Sequence record: DRR723986_7087
Strand: one strand, 5' to 3'
Length of the DNA: 64,000 bases
Under the pieces are notes generated by a model that had not been told where the DNA came from, ran no database searches, and saw only the letters and a list, made by a program, of their open reading frames with translations. Position numbers and translations under genes: made by a program. This document shows, piece by piece, positions 40,000 through 50,093 of this stretch (position 1 is its first letter; the number at the start of each line of letters is the position of its first letter).

Positions 40000-40992
40000 T
40001 TATAGCTTTACTCTAATTCTCCCGCTGACTGATACCTCAAGGAAGCGCGCCAAATAGTCAGGCACCTCGTCGAGGGTTATTTCAGTTAGCAGAGCAGACC
40101 ACGCCGCGTCATCGAGCTTCCACTGCTCGGCAAAACGCTGCCATATATCAGCTTTCCGTTGCTGACTAATTTCTACTGAATCGACACCCAGTAAGCATAC
40201 ACCGCGCAGAATAAATGGGAAAACGCTGCTGTTAATATTCACCCCGGCAGCCAGTCCACAACAGGCGACGGCGCCCTCGGGCTGAATAATTTTTAACAGG
40301 TTTGTCAGTGGATCGCCGCCGAGCGTGTCAATTGCCGCATCAAACAGCGGCTTCGCCATTGGTTTTTTATCGAACTCTGCCAGCATCGATGGCGCCACAC
40401 AATGTTGAGCGCCAATACTCTGTAAAAAGTCATATTGTTGCGCCTTGCCACTGATCGCGGTGACCTCCGCACCCAGTTGATTAAGCAATGCAATGGCAAC
40501 ACTACCAACACCACCACTGGCGCCTGTTACGGCAATTTTAAGACCGCTCAGCTCGCCCAATTGACGCTGGAGCTTCTCCACACATAGGCCGGCCGTCAAT
40601 CCTGCAGTGCCGAGTGCCATCGCCTCTGCACTGTCCAAGCCATCCGGGGCAGCCAGTAACCATTCACCGGGCACTTGAATTTGTTCTGCCAGGCCACCGT
40701 CGGTGTTCATTCCCAGGTCATAGCCCGTCACGATAACGCGGTCACCCGCCTTCCAATTATCGCTGGACGAGGCCAGCACTGTGCCCGCGGCATCGATGCC
40801 AGGTGTGTGCGGGTAGTTGCGGGTTACACCTTTGTTGCCCGCGGCCGACAGTGCATCTTTATAGTTGAGCGACGAGTATTCTACCGCTACGCGCACTTCG
40901 CCATTCCCGGGCTGGGCAAACTCGTCTTTGTCGACAACGCTGCACTGATAGGCGCCCTGCTCTTCTCTGACCTGTACGGCTTTAAATGTCAT
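40000..40992 (-). CDS. yhdH: YhdH/YhfP family quinone oxidoreductase (acryloyl-CoA reductase-like)
   Basis: YSSLNYKDAL, PGIDAAG, GTAGLTA, TGASGGVGS and PFILRGV.LLGVDSV; start set at ATG 40992. Confidence 0.88.
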   Translation of the reverse strand: MTFKAVQVREEQGAYQCSVVDKDEFAQPGNGEVRVAVEYSSLNYKDALSAAGNKGVTRNYPHTPGIDAAGTVLASSSDNWKAGDRVIVTGYDLGMNTDGGLAEQIQVPGEWLLAAPDGLDSAEAMALGTAGLTAGLCVEKLQRQLGELSGLKIAVTGASGGVGSVAIALLNQLGAEVTAISGKAQQYDFLQSIGAQHCVAPSMLAEFDKKPMAKPLFDAAIDTLGGDPLTNLLKIIQPEGAVACCGLAAGVNINSSVFPFILRGVCLLGVDSVEISQQRKADIWQRFAEQWKLDDAAWSALLTEITLDEVPDYLARFLEVSVSGRIRVKL

Positions 40993-41005
40993 TATTTCCC
41001 CCGAT

Positions 41006-42040
41006 TTAGCCGACAAAGCGGCTGTTGCGAATTTTTTCAACGACTCCCCAAAAACCTCGATCTATCGCTGTTTCAGCAGCGAAGCCAAGGCGCTCGGGTA
41101 GGCTGCGCTTTTGCTTAAAGTGCACCGCATAAATATCGGTGTCTTCGCGTTTGCTCAGCAGATAGTCATCGCTGGTGGAAATGCCGTCAATTAGACCTTT
41201 GTCCAGTGCGCGGCGGCCATACCACACCTCGCCGGTGGCGATGGATTCAATATCCAGTGACGGCCGATTTTCACTGACAAACTCTTTGAACAACTGGTGA
41301 GTTTCCTCGAGCTCTTCAATAAATTTTTTCCGCCCTTCATCCGTATTCTCGCCAACCATAGTGAGGGTGCGCTTGAACTCGCCAGCGGTGTGCAATTCGA
41401 CATCGACATCGTGCTTTTTCAGCAAGCGATGGAAGTTAGGCATTTGCGCCACGACGCCGATTGAACCAATGATTGCAAAGGGTGCCGCAAGCAATTGATT
41501 GCCGATACACGCCATCATATAGCCACCACTGGCGGCAACCCTGTCGATAGCGATAGTGAGGGGAATACCCTTGTCGCGCAGTCGCTGCAGTTGCGATGAG
41601 GCTAAGCCGTAGCTATGCACCATGCCGCCAGGGCTTTCCAGGCGCAGCAGCACTTCGTCCTGGTCATTGGCAACGGTAAGTATTGCGCTGATTTCGTGGC
41701 GTAATGACTCCACCGCCGAGGCGCGAATATCGCCGTCGAAGTCGAGAACAAATAGCCGCTTTTTCGTCTTTTCCTGCTTGGCTTTGCGCTCGGCCTTGTG
41801 TTGTTTTTTCTTGTCCTTGCGCAGTTTTTTGTACTTTTCTTCGCTCAGCAAGCCGTAGTTCATGGTGTCTTGCCAGTCTTCAAAACGCTCGTGCAGACGG
41901 CTGACTTCAACGTGACCGTCTTCGCCCTCGCGTTTGCTGCGCTGGCTAAACGAGGTAATAACGGTGAGCAATAAAACAATAAATACCAATGCCGTAACCG
42001 CTTTCGCGAGAAACAGACTGTAATCCACTAGAAAGTCCAA
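41006..42040 (-). CDS. sohB: Protease SohB (S49)
   Basis: FDGDIRAS, LESPGGMVHSYGLASSQL, AASGGYMMAC and TAGEFKRTLT motifs. Confidence 0.95.
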   Translation of the reverse strand: MDFLVDYSLFLAKAVTALVFIVLLLTVITSFSQRSKREGEDGHVEVSRLHERFEDWQDTMNYGLLSEEKYKKLRKDKKKQHKAERKAKQEKTKKRLFVLDFDGDIRASAVESLRHEISAILTVANDQDEVLLRLESPGGMVHSYGLASSQLQRLRDKGIPLTIAIDRVAASGGYMMACIGNQLLAAPFAIIGSIGVVAQMPNFHRLLKKHDVDVELHTAGEFKRTLTMVGENTDEGRKKFIEELEETHQLFKEFVSENRPSLDIESIATGEVWYGRRALDKGLIDGISTSDDYLLSKREDTDIYAVHFKQKRSLPERLGFAAETAIDRGFWGVVEKIRNSRFVG

Positions 42041-42099
42041 AAACGGGCTCCAAGTCAGTTAGAAAAGGTTCGTCATAGTGGTACGGGGCTGACCAACAG

Positions 42100-42753
42100 T
42101 CAAGTTGACCAGTTACGCAACGCGTTGATAGCAATTGGGTTTTTGGGCCGAATAAACATACCGCTGCGGCCTAGGTAAACATCAAATACTGCGCCGTCCT
42201 GCAAGGGTGCATAAACCCCGTTGCCGTAGTCGACATCTACCCAATGCCAAATAAACCCGTAGTTACTGAGCATTGGCCAACTGTCGAGCCATTCGCCACT
42301 GGGTAGCGGGTGAACCGTTCGCTGACTATTGGCTTCGCGCTCGGGATGTTGATAGCGACCGCTAAGGCGCTCAAGGCGAACCAGGTTATTCAACCCCAGC
42401 TTTGCCAGGCCAGCATCCCAACGTAGCACCCTACCTTCAAGCCGCCATTCATCGCCGCGCACAGGGAAGTGAAATGGCATGGGGTTTCCGTCGATATCCA
42501 GGCGCAGCGCAAAATCATTCTCACCGGACTGGGCAACGAATACGGTGGCTATGCGCTGTTCCACCGCCAAATTGCGATAACTGATTAGGTCTTGGCTGAC
42601 CAGGACGGTCGTGGCCGTCATAGGCGCAAATGCCAGAAGTAAGAGTCCGCAAGACAGCGGACGACGGCGCAGCGACAGCAGCAGAACGATGCAAATTAGA
42701 ACACTGCCGGCGCAAATCAGCAGTAACAGCGTAGCGAGCTCAGGAAGCGGCAT
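42100..42753 (-). CDS. Hypothetical membrane protein
   Basis: Two N-terminal hydrophobic segments; co-oriented with and overlapping the upstream gene. Confidence 0.7.
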   Translation of the reverse strand: MPLPELATLLLLICAGSVLICIVLLLSLRRRPLSCGLLLLAFAPMTATTVLVSQDLISYRNLAVEQRIATVFVAQSGENDFALRLDIDGNPMPFHFPVRGDEWRLEGRVLRWDAGLAKLGLNNLVRLERLSGRYQHPEREANSQRTVHPLPSGEWLDSWPMLSNYGFIWHWVDVDYGNGVYAPLQDGAVFDVYLGRSGMFIRPKNPIAINALRNWST

Positions 42754-44527
42754 TTCCCGTGTCCTGCGCCATTTCTACCGGAAAGCCCAATTGTTTTAAT
42801 GAGTCTTCCGCAATAAGCAAAATTTTCTCATCGGGGATGTGGCGCGACTCCAGCTCGCCGAGGTAATACTCAACGCTGATCATCGCATCGGCGAGCGTCT
42901 CTAGTGCGTGCGCATCGCGCTGAGCGTCGCTGCTTTCACGTCCCATAAAGGTTTTAACGAAGCGGGTTGCTGAACCCGTGACCGCCGCCAAACGGCGCAT
43001 TTTCAAAATATCGAAAGCGCCCCGCACCGAGCTCAGACTGCTCGGGACGTTTGCAATATGTGTGCTGTCAAAGCCAGAGTCGATATAGGAGGCGATGGCG
43101 CGTTTAATCATGCCAATGGCGCTTTTCGCTTCTTCGATAACAATTGCCGTGGCCTCACTCACTTGATTGTCGGCGCTGATGCTATCGCGTTTATCAATGC
43201 TGAGCGCATTGAGCTCATCGTAGTTGAGCTTGCGCCGGTCGATCTGTGCCAGGCTGCTTTCGATAAACAGCAGAGTTTCCGCCAACTCTTCAAGTACCGC
43301 TCTGGCGTTGCTGAGATCAGTACCGATTAGATCGAGCAACACGCCGGCATAGCGCCCCAATACTTCCGAGAGTGATGGCAGGTTGAGCACCAGCAGCACA
43401 TCAGCGCCCTGCTGCAGCAATTCGCTGAGCGGGCGAATTTCTTCATCGTCGCTGCGGCCGTGTTGTGCAAGTAGCTCCAGAATATCTTTGGCATGACGCA
43501 GCTCCGCCCGCAGCTCGTTGAGCACGGAGGAGACCGTGTCGTAGCTTAAACCCAGCATCTGCGTGCGCAGGCGTTGGATTTCTGCATCATTAATATCAAA
43601 GGGACGAGTGCCAATTGCCTGCAGTAACTTGCCGTTAAACCCCTCCTGCCAGGACGACAATCGAAGTAGGAATAACAGCTCTTGTTCGAGAATTTCGTCC
43701 CCGGGCTTATCTGAACCCAGTCGCCGCAGAGCGCCATCCAAACCGGTGAGCAGGCGTTTGCGCCGAGGGTTCAGCTCCAACCCGCCCTGGGCAAAGGCTT
43801 CAATAACGGCGCTGGCCAGCAGCCAAAAACGCTGGTTCCGTCCTGCCGGCAGTGCCCCGCACAGGCGACGTAGCGCTCGCGACATTAGGGTGAATTGCAT
43901 CGCCGGTTGCGCGTCGCGCAGCAGCCCCAATAAGGCACGCTGGTAACTTTGCCGAACACGCTTAAGCAATTCTGCTAGCGCGTCCGGGGCCATTGCCTGA
44001 CTGCGCAACTTCAACTCCGAGTCACGGCTAAAGACATAGGCGTCGTTCTTGCAGAAATAGCTATCGGGCAGCAGTAATTGGCGGTGAGCCTCTCGCAGCT
44101 CGTTGGCGTGTGTAATCGCCATCAACGGGATTTCGTTACCGCGACTTTGCACAAATTCCAGGTAGCGCGGCAGAACAAAAAAAGCCGTGCTCAAGGCATT
44201 TAACTGGGCGTCTGGCAAGGCTGCGGTATTACTGACAATCGCTTGGCAAAGTGAGCGCATTTCATCGGCGATAAGCGCAGCCCCGCGCACTTCGATAAGC
44301 CGCAGGGTTCCCCCTATCTGACGAAGGGCCATCTCGCACTCATCCAGCAAGCGCAAATCGTGGCGCTCCGCCAAGAAGGTTTCAAAGATATTGGTGGCTT
44401 GCTGCAGGGTATTACTCAGCTCCTCCCCCACCAATGCGTAGGAGCTACTATTGATATCATTCTGCAATGCGGCTTGCTTGAACACTGGTAATGCCCCGTT
44501 GTCACGAGCCTGGCGCGGCTCAAACAA
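42740..44527 (-). CDS. fimL: FimL-like protein (ChpA N-terminal/Hpt-like helical scaffold)
   Basis: LRQIGGTLRLIEVRGAALIADEM, VLPRYLE, YQRALLGLL and LETLADAMISVEYYL resemble ChpA N-terminus/FimL; lies between dnaQ and sohB as in P. aeruginosa. Confidence 0.65.
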   Translation of the reverse strand: MFEPRQARDNGALPVFKQAALQNDINSSSYALVGEELSNTLQQATNIFETFLAERHDLRLLDECEMALRQIGGTLRLIEVRGAALIADEMRSLCQAIVSNTAALPDAQLNALSTAFFVLPRYLEFVQSRGNEIPLMAITHANELREAHRQLLLPDSYFCKNDAYVFSRDSELKLRSQAMAPDALAELLKRVRQSYQRALLGLLRDAQPAMQFTLMSRALRRLCGALPAGRNQRFWLLASAVIEAFAQGGLELNPRRKRLLTGLDGALRRLGSDKPGDEILEQELLFLLRLSSWQEGFNGKLLQAIGTRPFDINDAEIQRLRTQMLGLSYDTVSSVLNELRAELRHAKDILELLAQHGRSDDEEIRPLSELLQQGADVLLVLNLPSLSEVLGRYAGVLLDLIGTDLSNARAVLEELAETLLFIESSLAQIDRRKLNYDELNALSIDKRDSISADNQVSEATAIVIEEAKSAIGMIKRAIASYIDSGFDSTHIANVPSSLSSVRGAFDILKMRRLAAVTGSATRFVKTFMGRESSDAQRDAHALETLADAMISVEYYLGELESRHIPDEKILLIAEDSLKQLGFPVEMAQDTGNAAS

Positions 44528-44642
44528 AGCTCAACCCACTTGTAAAATTGACAGTTAAGCTGCGGTATTTATTCGTCTTTTTATCAGTTATTTTTGCTTA
44601 TGCACAGCGTCAAACAGCATAAAGCGCTACTGCGCCACGAAA

Positions 44643-45374
44643 TCAGTTGCCGTCACTCGCCTCTGTGCTGCGCCAAAGGCAATTGCCGCCACTGGCTTTA
44701 TCAATGATCTGCAGTTGCTCTAAGTGAGCGGCCAGCTCATCCTCGCTGGCGCGCACCACCGTCAAAGCAGGTCGGTCCGCCGGCAGGCGCCGAATGCCCT
44801 TGTTTCCGCCTTCCCCGCCCTCGTTGCTATCCTCACCGGCAAGCGCCAGATTGGTCTGGCCACCGGTCATGATTAGATAGACATCGGCCAGAATTTCAGC
44901 ATCGAGCAATGCGCCGTGAAGGTCGCGCTGAGAGTTATCTACATAGTAACGCTGGCACAATGCATCCAGGCTATTCCGCTGCCCGGGGTGCTTCTGGCGC
45001 GCCATGACCAAGGTGTCGACCACACCGCAGATTTCTGCAAGCTTTGGCTGCCGGCCCGGTAGCCTAGCCAGCTCCATATCGAGGAAGCCGACGTCGAACG
45101 GGGCATTGTGAATGACGAGTTCGGCGCCGCGAACAAAATCGAGAAATTCCTCAGCCACTGCTGAAAACAAGGGCTTATCGGCAAGCATTTCATTGGTAAT
45201 GCCGTGGACCTCTATCGCCCCCGCTTCCACTTCGCGCTCGGGGTTGATATAGCGGTGAAAGTGCCGCCCTGTCAGCTTTCGGCCAACGAGCTCCACACAA
45301 CCAATTTCGATAATCCGGTGGCCGTCATTAGGGTCAATACCGGTGGTTTCTGTATCGAGGACAATCTGGCGCAT
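44643..45374 (-). CDS. dnaQ: DNA polymerase III epsilon subunit
   Basis: MRQIVLDTETTG, HNAPFDVGF and LHGALLDAEIL motifs. Confidence 0.97.
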   Translation of the reverse strand: MRQIVLDTETTGIDPNDGHRIIEIGCVELVGRKLTGRHFHRYINPEREVEAGAIEVHGITNEMLADKPLFSAVAEEFLDFVRGAELVIHNAPFDVGFLDMELARLPGRQPKLAEICGVVDTLVMARQKHPGQRNSLDALCQRYYVDNSQRDLHGALLDAEILADVYLIMTGGQTNLALAGEDSNEGGEGGNKGIRRLPADRPALTVVRASEDELAAHLEQLQIIDKASGGNCLWRSTEASDGN

Positions 45375-45376
45375 CG

Positions 45377-45826
45377 TTATCGTCTCAACTCGTCTATGCC
45401 GCGATTAGCCAAGCTATCGGCAATTTCATTTTCCCGGTGACCCGAGTGCCCTTTTACCCAGTGCCATTCAATGTCGTGCTGGCTATTCAACGCATCCAGC
45501 TCGCGCCACAGATCCGCGTTTTTCACCGGTGCTTTGCCGGCCGTCTTCCAGTTGCGCTTTTTCCAGTTGGCCATCCACTCGGTGATGCCTTTTCTGACGT
45601 ACTGGGAATCAGTGGTTAGTGCCACCTGACAGGGCCGCTTTAGGGCCCGAAGCGCTTCGATAGCGGCGGTCAGTTCCATGCGGTTATTTGTTGTATCGGC
45701 TTCTCCGCCGTACAGCGTTTTTTCTTGCCCGCGGCTGCGCAGCAGTGCACCCCAACCGCCGGGGCCGGGGTTACCCTTGCAGGCGCCATCGGTAAAAATT
45801 TCAACTTTACTGTCACCGCTAGTCAT
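45377..45826 (-). CDS. rnhA: Ribonuclease HI
   Basis: [22 protein letters not shown] and [11 protein letters not shown] motifs. Confidence 0.97.
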   Translation of the reverse strand: MTSGDSKVEIFTDGACKGNPGPGGWGALLRSRGQEKTLYGGEADTTNNRMELTAAIEALRALKRPCQVALTTDSQYVRKGITEWMANWKKRNWKTAGKAPVKNADLWRELDALNSQHDIEWHWVKGHSGHRENEIADSLANRGIDELRR

Positions 45827-45830
45827 TCAG

Positions 45831-46595
45831 TTACTCATGTTTAATATCACGTGTTGCCCCGAGCATACTTGGATGCCGGAGAATTTTAGCGCGCTTACGA
45901 ACCTCTGCTGCCGGAGTGAGCGGCGCGCGGTATTTTGTCGCGCTCAGCACAAAAACACCACCCATTGGCATGGACGGGGAAAATGGCCGGTGGTTCATAA
46001 AGAAACTGGGAGAACTGATCGGCAGGCGGTGAAAGCCATAGCGCACGTCTGCGGTTTCAAAACCAAGCAATGACAGCCAGTCATTAATGCGATTGATACT
46101 CAGACTGTGGTTCTGCCACATTGCGCTGCGTTTAAGCCTGCCCATTAGCCCTCGCAGGGCCAGTGGAGACCATGGATTGATACTGCATATGACCAGTTTG
46201 CCGTGGGGCACGATCAGCCGCTCGACCTCGCGCAATACGGTATGGGGGTTTTCTACAAACTCCAGGAGGTGGTGCAATACCACCATATCCACAGATTCAT
46301 TAGCCAGCGGCAATTGGTCGAAATCACAAACGGCATCCAGTATCTGACTGTAGCCATATTGCCCCAGCCCGCCGAGGTGCAATTGGCGCTGGCATAACTG
46401 TGGATCAACATTAAAACGCTCGGGAATCACGCTTAAATTCAACAGTTGACGGCCAGAGGTACTCCGGTCGCTGAGTGCGTGGTGCACCAAACGCTGCTCT
46501 TCGTGTAACACGGTGCCACCGACGGGCCCGCGAAACCATTGCCGCAGTGCGGGCAACAATACTTCAGGCGAATGCTGAGCGCGCCATCTAGCCAT
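45831..46595 (-). CDS. SAM-dependent methyltransferase-like protein (YafS-like)
   Basis: LPLANESVDMVVLHHLLEF..PH.VLRE motif; conserved position between rnhA and gloB. Confidence 0.85.
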   Translation of the reverse strand: MARWRAQHSPEVLLPALRQWFRGPVGGTVLHEEQRLVHHALSDRSTSGRQLLNLSVIPERFNVDPQLCQRQLHLGGLGQYGYSQILDAVCDFDQLPLANESVDMVVLHHLLEFVENPHTVLREVERLIVPHGKLVICSINPWSPLALRGLMGRLKRSAMWQNHSLSINRINDWLSLLGFETADVRYGFHRLPISSPSFFMNHRPFSPSMPMGGVFVLSATKYRAPLTPAAEVRKRAKILRHPSMLGATRDIKHE

Positions 46596-46688
46596 GATTT
46601 CACCCCTGTGTTGACCCTGTCACCATGAGCTAATACCTTGTCTGACAAGGGAAAACTGTATACCCTGACGCTAAATGAGGGTTTATTT

Positions 46689-47459
46689 ATGGGCAAGCTG
46701 TCGGTCACGCCAATAGCGGCATTCAGCGACAATTACATCTGGTGCATCTCATCTGGCGAAGACGCTGTTGTCGTCGACCCAGGCGATGCAGCGCCCGTCA
46801 TCGACTTCCTTAAGCATGCCCAGCTAAAGCTTACCGCAATTCTAATTACCCATCACCACTGGGACCATACTGGCGGAGTTGAGGCCCTACTGGCGCAATA
46901 CCCCAACGTGGATGTCTGTGGCCCGGAAACATCCTGCGAGCACATCACCCGCCCTTTGGCAGACCACGACACCATAGGCATGCTGGGCGAAACATTTCGC
47001 GTATTGGCCGTTCCCGGCCACACCCTGGATCATCTGGCCTTCTATAATGAAGAGTCTGCTCTGCTTTTTTGCGGCGATACGCTGTTTGCCGGCGGATGCG
47101 GCAGGCTTTTTGAGGGTAGCCCGGCGCAAATGTTGAACTCGCTGAGTAAACTTCAGTCTTTACCTGGCGCTACTCGGGTTTACTGCGCTCATGAATACAC
47201 AGCAAGTAATTTGCAGTTCGCCTTGAAGGCAGAGCCCAATAACGCCACACTGCGCAATCGTTATGAGCAGGTGCTGGCTTTGCGTGAACGCGGAGAGATA
47301 ACGCTTCCCTCCACCATTGAGGAAGAGTCGGCAACCAACCCATTCCTTCGCACCGCACAAGACGGTGTTCGTCAGGCCATTTGCCTGCGTGAAGGCAACG
47401 ATAACTTAAACCAGCAAGAGGTGTTCGCCGCGCTTCGAAGCTGGAAAGACAACAGCTAA
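46689..47459 (+). CDS. gloB: Hydroxyacylglutathione hydrolase (glyoxalase II)
   Basis: AFSDNYIW, THHHWDHTGG, PGHTLDH, FCGDTLF and YCAHEYT; start set at ATG 46689. Confidence 0.95.
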   Translation: MGKLSVTPIAAFSDNYIWCISSGEDAVVVDPGDAAPVIDFLKHAQLKLTAILITHHHWDHTGGVEALLAQYPNVDVCGPETSCEHITRPLADHDTIGMLGETFRVLAVPGHTLDHLAFYNEESALLFCGDTLFAGGCGRLFEGSPAQMLNSLSKLQSLPGATRVYCAHEYTASNLQFALKAEPNNATLRNRYEQVLALRERGEITLPSTIEEESATNPFLRTAQDGVRQAICLREGNDNLNQQEVFAALRSWKDNS

Positions 47460-47465
47460 TTTTGC

Positions 47466-49037
47466 ATGAAAAACACGACCTACCAGCTCTTGTTGAGGCT
47501 AACTCTCGCCACCGCGCTTATCAGCGTGGGCGCTTGTGCAACTAATCGCAGCCAGCCCACGCAAGCCAGGAACGACGCACCCGCTTGTACAGAGGGTTGC
47601 AGTGAGCATATCGCTAAACTTGAGAATCAATTACTGCCGCCACCGATTCCTGCCAGTGAGCGCCGCTACAGCGATGTTTGGGAGCGCTTGAGTGCACAAC
47701 TGAGTTTCTTGCCGCTAACCGAGCGCCGCGAAGTCGATAAACTGGAAGACTGGTATAGCAAGCACGGCCACTACATGGCCAAGATGAGCGCCCGCGCCGG
47801 GAATTATATCTATCACGTCGTGAAAGAGCTTGAAGCCCGCGATATGCCGATAGACCTGGCGCTACTGCCTTTTGTCGAGAGCGCCTACGACCCTTTCGCC
47901 TACTCCCATGGCCGCGCTGCGGGTCTCTGGCAATTTATTCCGAATACCGCCAAATACGTCGGCATTCAACAAAACTGGTGGTATGACGGTCGCCGCGATG
48001 TTCTGGTCGCCACCGACGCCGCGCTGGATTACCTCACCACCTTAAACAAGCGCTTCGACGGTGACTGGATGCTGACCCTGGCGGCATACAATGCCGGCGC
48101 GGGCACGGTGAATCGCGCCATTCGCCGCAACCGCAAGGCGGGTAAGCCGACAGATTTTTGGTCGCTAAAACTCCCCAAGGAAACCAAGCGCTACGTGCCA
48201 AAACTGCTGGCGCTGGTCAAAATTTACCAAAACCCCGCGCGCTACAACATCAGCTTGCCGGCCGTTGCCGACGCGCCGCGCTTTGAAAAGGTGGCCATAG
48301 ACAGCCAGATAGATCTCGCCAAAGCCGCTGCCCTGGCGGATATCAGCGTCGAGGAGCTATATCGCTACAACCCAGGCTTCAACCGCTGGGTGACAGCGCC
48401 GGAGGGCCCTCACCACCTTCTGATTCCCAGCAAGCAGGCCGAAAAATTTAAAACTCGCTTGGCCGCCCTGCCCAAAGAACAGCGCATTGCCTGGCAGCGC
48501 TATCGAGTTTCACCGGGTGACAACTTGATTAGCATTGCCAAACGCCACCACATCGATATTGCCAGCATTAAGCGTTTCAACAAGCTCAATGGCGATATGT
48601 TGCGCGTCGGCCAAGAGCTCCTGATACCCGCCAGCAGCCAGGCGACCACCTCCCCCAACTTAGACCGTGGTATTGCTGAGCGCGGCCGCCACCAGTCGCA
48701 GCATATTGTTCGCCGCGGCGACACGCTCAGCGGCATTGCTCAACGGCACAAGGTGTCCGTCAAGCAACTCATTCGCTGGAATCGCCTGGATCAAGGTGCC
48801 CTCATCAAACCGGGGCAAAAACTAGCGATCTGGAAAAAAGGCCCATCGTCAGGCAATGGTATCGTGCGTAAAGTGGGCTATAAGGTTCGCAGCGGCGACT
48901 CGCTGTCGCGTATCGCGAGCCGCTTCAAGCTGAAAATTGCCGATATTCTGGAGTGGAATTCAATTGGCCGCAGCAGTTATTTGCAACCCGGCCAATCGCT
49001 GACCCTCTACGTCGACGTTACGCGGGCCGACCTGTAG
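47466..49037 (+). CDS. mltD: Membrane-bound lytic murein transglycosylase D
   Basis: Lipobox VGAC; LLPFVESAY, AAGLWQFIP and AAYNAG motifs; three LysM repeats. Confidence 0.93.
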   Translation: MKNTTYQLLLRLTLATALISVGACATNRSQPTQARNDAPACTEGCSEHIAKLENQLLPPPIPASERRYSDVWERLSAQLSFLPLTERREVDKLEDWYSKHGHYMAKMSARAGNYIYHVVKELEARDMPIDLALLPFVESAYDPFAYSHGRAAGLWQFIPNTAKYVGIQQNWWYDGRRDVLVATDAALDYLTTLNKRFDGDWMLTLAAYNAGAGTVNRAIRRNRKAGKPTDFWSLKLPKETKRYVPKLLALVKIYQNPARYNISLPAVADAPRFEKVAIDSQIDLAKAAALADISVEELYRYNPGFNRWVTAPEGPHHLLIPSKQAEKFKTRLAALPKEQRIAWQRYRVSPGDNLISIAKRHHIDIASIKRFNKLNGDMLRVGQELLIPASSQATTSPNLDRGIAERGRHQSQHIVRRGDTLSGIAQRHKVSVKQLIRWNRLDQGALIKPGQKLAIWKKGPSSGNGIVRKVGYKVRSGDSLSRIASRFKLKIADILEWNSIGRSSYLQPGQSLTLYVDVTRADL

Positions 49038-49064
49038 TTGACAGCCACCTGACTGGAAGTACCT

Positions 49065-50093
49065 ATGCTTGGCTATTTCGTTCGTCGCGGCCTGTTGATT
49101 ATCCCTACATTCATTGGCATCACTCTGCTGGTGTTCAGTATTACCCGTGTTGTTCCCGGCGGGCCGATAGAGCGAATGATGACCCAGGCCCAGCTCGGTG
49201 GCGAAGCAGGCAGCCTGCACCGCAGCGAGGGCGGTGGCACGCTATCTGACGAGCAGCTCGAAGAGCTCAAACGCTACTACGGCTTCGACAAACCCTTGCT
49301 GAGCAGTTATGCCATCTGGCTAAAACAGGTGCTGCGCTTTGACCTGGGCCTCTCCACCCGCTATCAGGACCCCGTTTGGGACATCATCAAGGAGCGCTTT
49401 CCGGTCTCCGTATTCTACGGCGTGACAACACTCGTGCTCACCTACCTCGTCTGTATCCCGCTGGGCCTGCTAAAAGGCATGTACCACGGCAGCCGGTTTG
49501 ACAATTTGTCGTCAGCAGTGGTGTTCCTGGGTTACGCGCTACCCAGCTATGTCATTGGTATTGCGTTGATTTCGGTGTTTGCCGGTTACTACGACTGGTT
49601 TCCTCTCGGCGGCTTCGTCTCCGACAACTTCGAGGAACTCTCGCCGCTGGCCAAGGCCAAAGACGTTTTTCACCACGCTGCGCTGCCGCTTATTGCCTAT
49701 TTAGCGGGAAGTTTTGCGGTGACAACCCTGATGATGAAAAACGCCTTGATGGATAATTTATCAGCTGACTACATGCGCACAGCGGCGGCAAAGGGCCTCA
49801 GTTTAGGAAAAAGCGTTCGCCGGCACGCGCTGCGCAATAGTCTTATTCCCGTCGCCACCTCCTTTGGCAACAATATTTCCTTGCTGATTGGCGGCTCCTT
49901 TTTGATCGAGACCATTTTCAACATCGACGGTATTGGACTACTCGGCTACGAGGCCATTATTGAGCGAGACTACCCCATAGTGATGGGCATCTTGGTGATC
50001 TCGTCCCTGCTCTACCTGATAGGCAATATTCTTTCCGATATCTGTGTGGCCATTGTTGACCCGCGCATTCGCTTTGGTGGAGGGAGCCGTTAA
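49065..50093 (+). CDS. yejB: Peptide ABC transporter permease (YejB-like)
   Basis: VPGGPIE, YGFDKPL, DYMRTAAAKGL and IETIFNIDGIG motifs. Confidence 0.85.
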   Translation: MLGYFVRRGLLIIPTFIGITLLVFSITRVVPGGPIERMMTQAQLGGEAGSLHRSEGGGTLSDEQLEELKRYYGFDKPLLSSYAIWLKQVLRFDLGLSTRYQDPVWDIIKERFPVSVFYGVTTLVLTYLVCIPLGLLKGMYHGSRFDNLSSAVVFLGYALPSYVIGIALISVFAGYYDWFPLGGFVSDNFEELSPLAKAKDVFHHAALPLIAYLAGSFAVTTLMMKNALMDNLSADYMRTAAAKGLSLGKSVRRHALRNSLIPVATSFGNNISLLIGGSFLIETIFNIDGIGLLGYEAIIERDYPIVMGILVISSLLYLIGNILSDICVAIVDPRIRFGGGSR

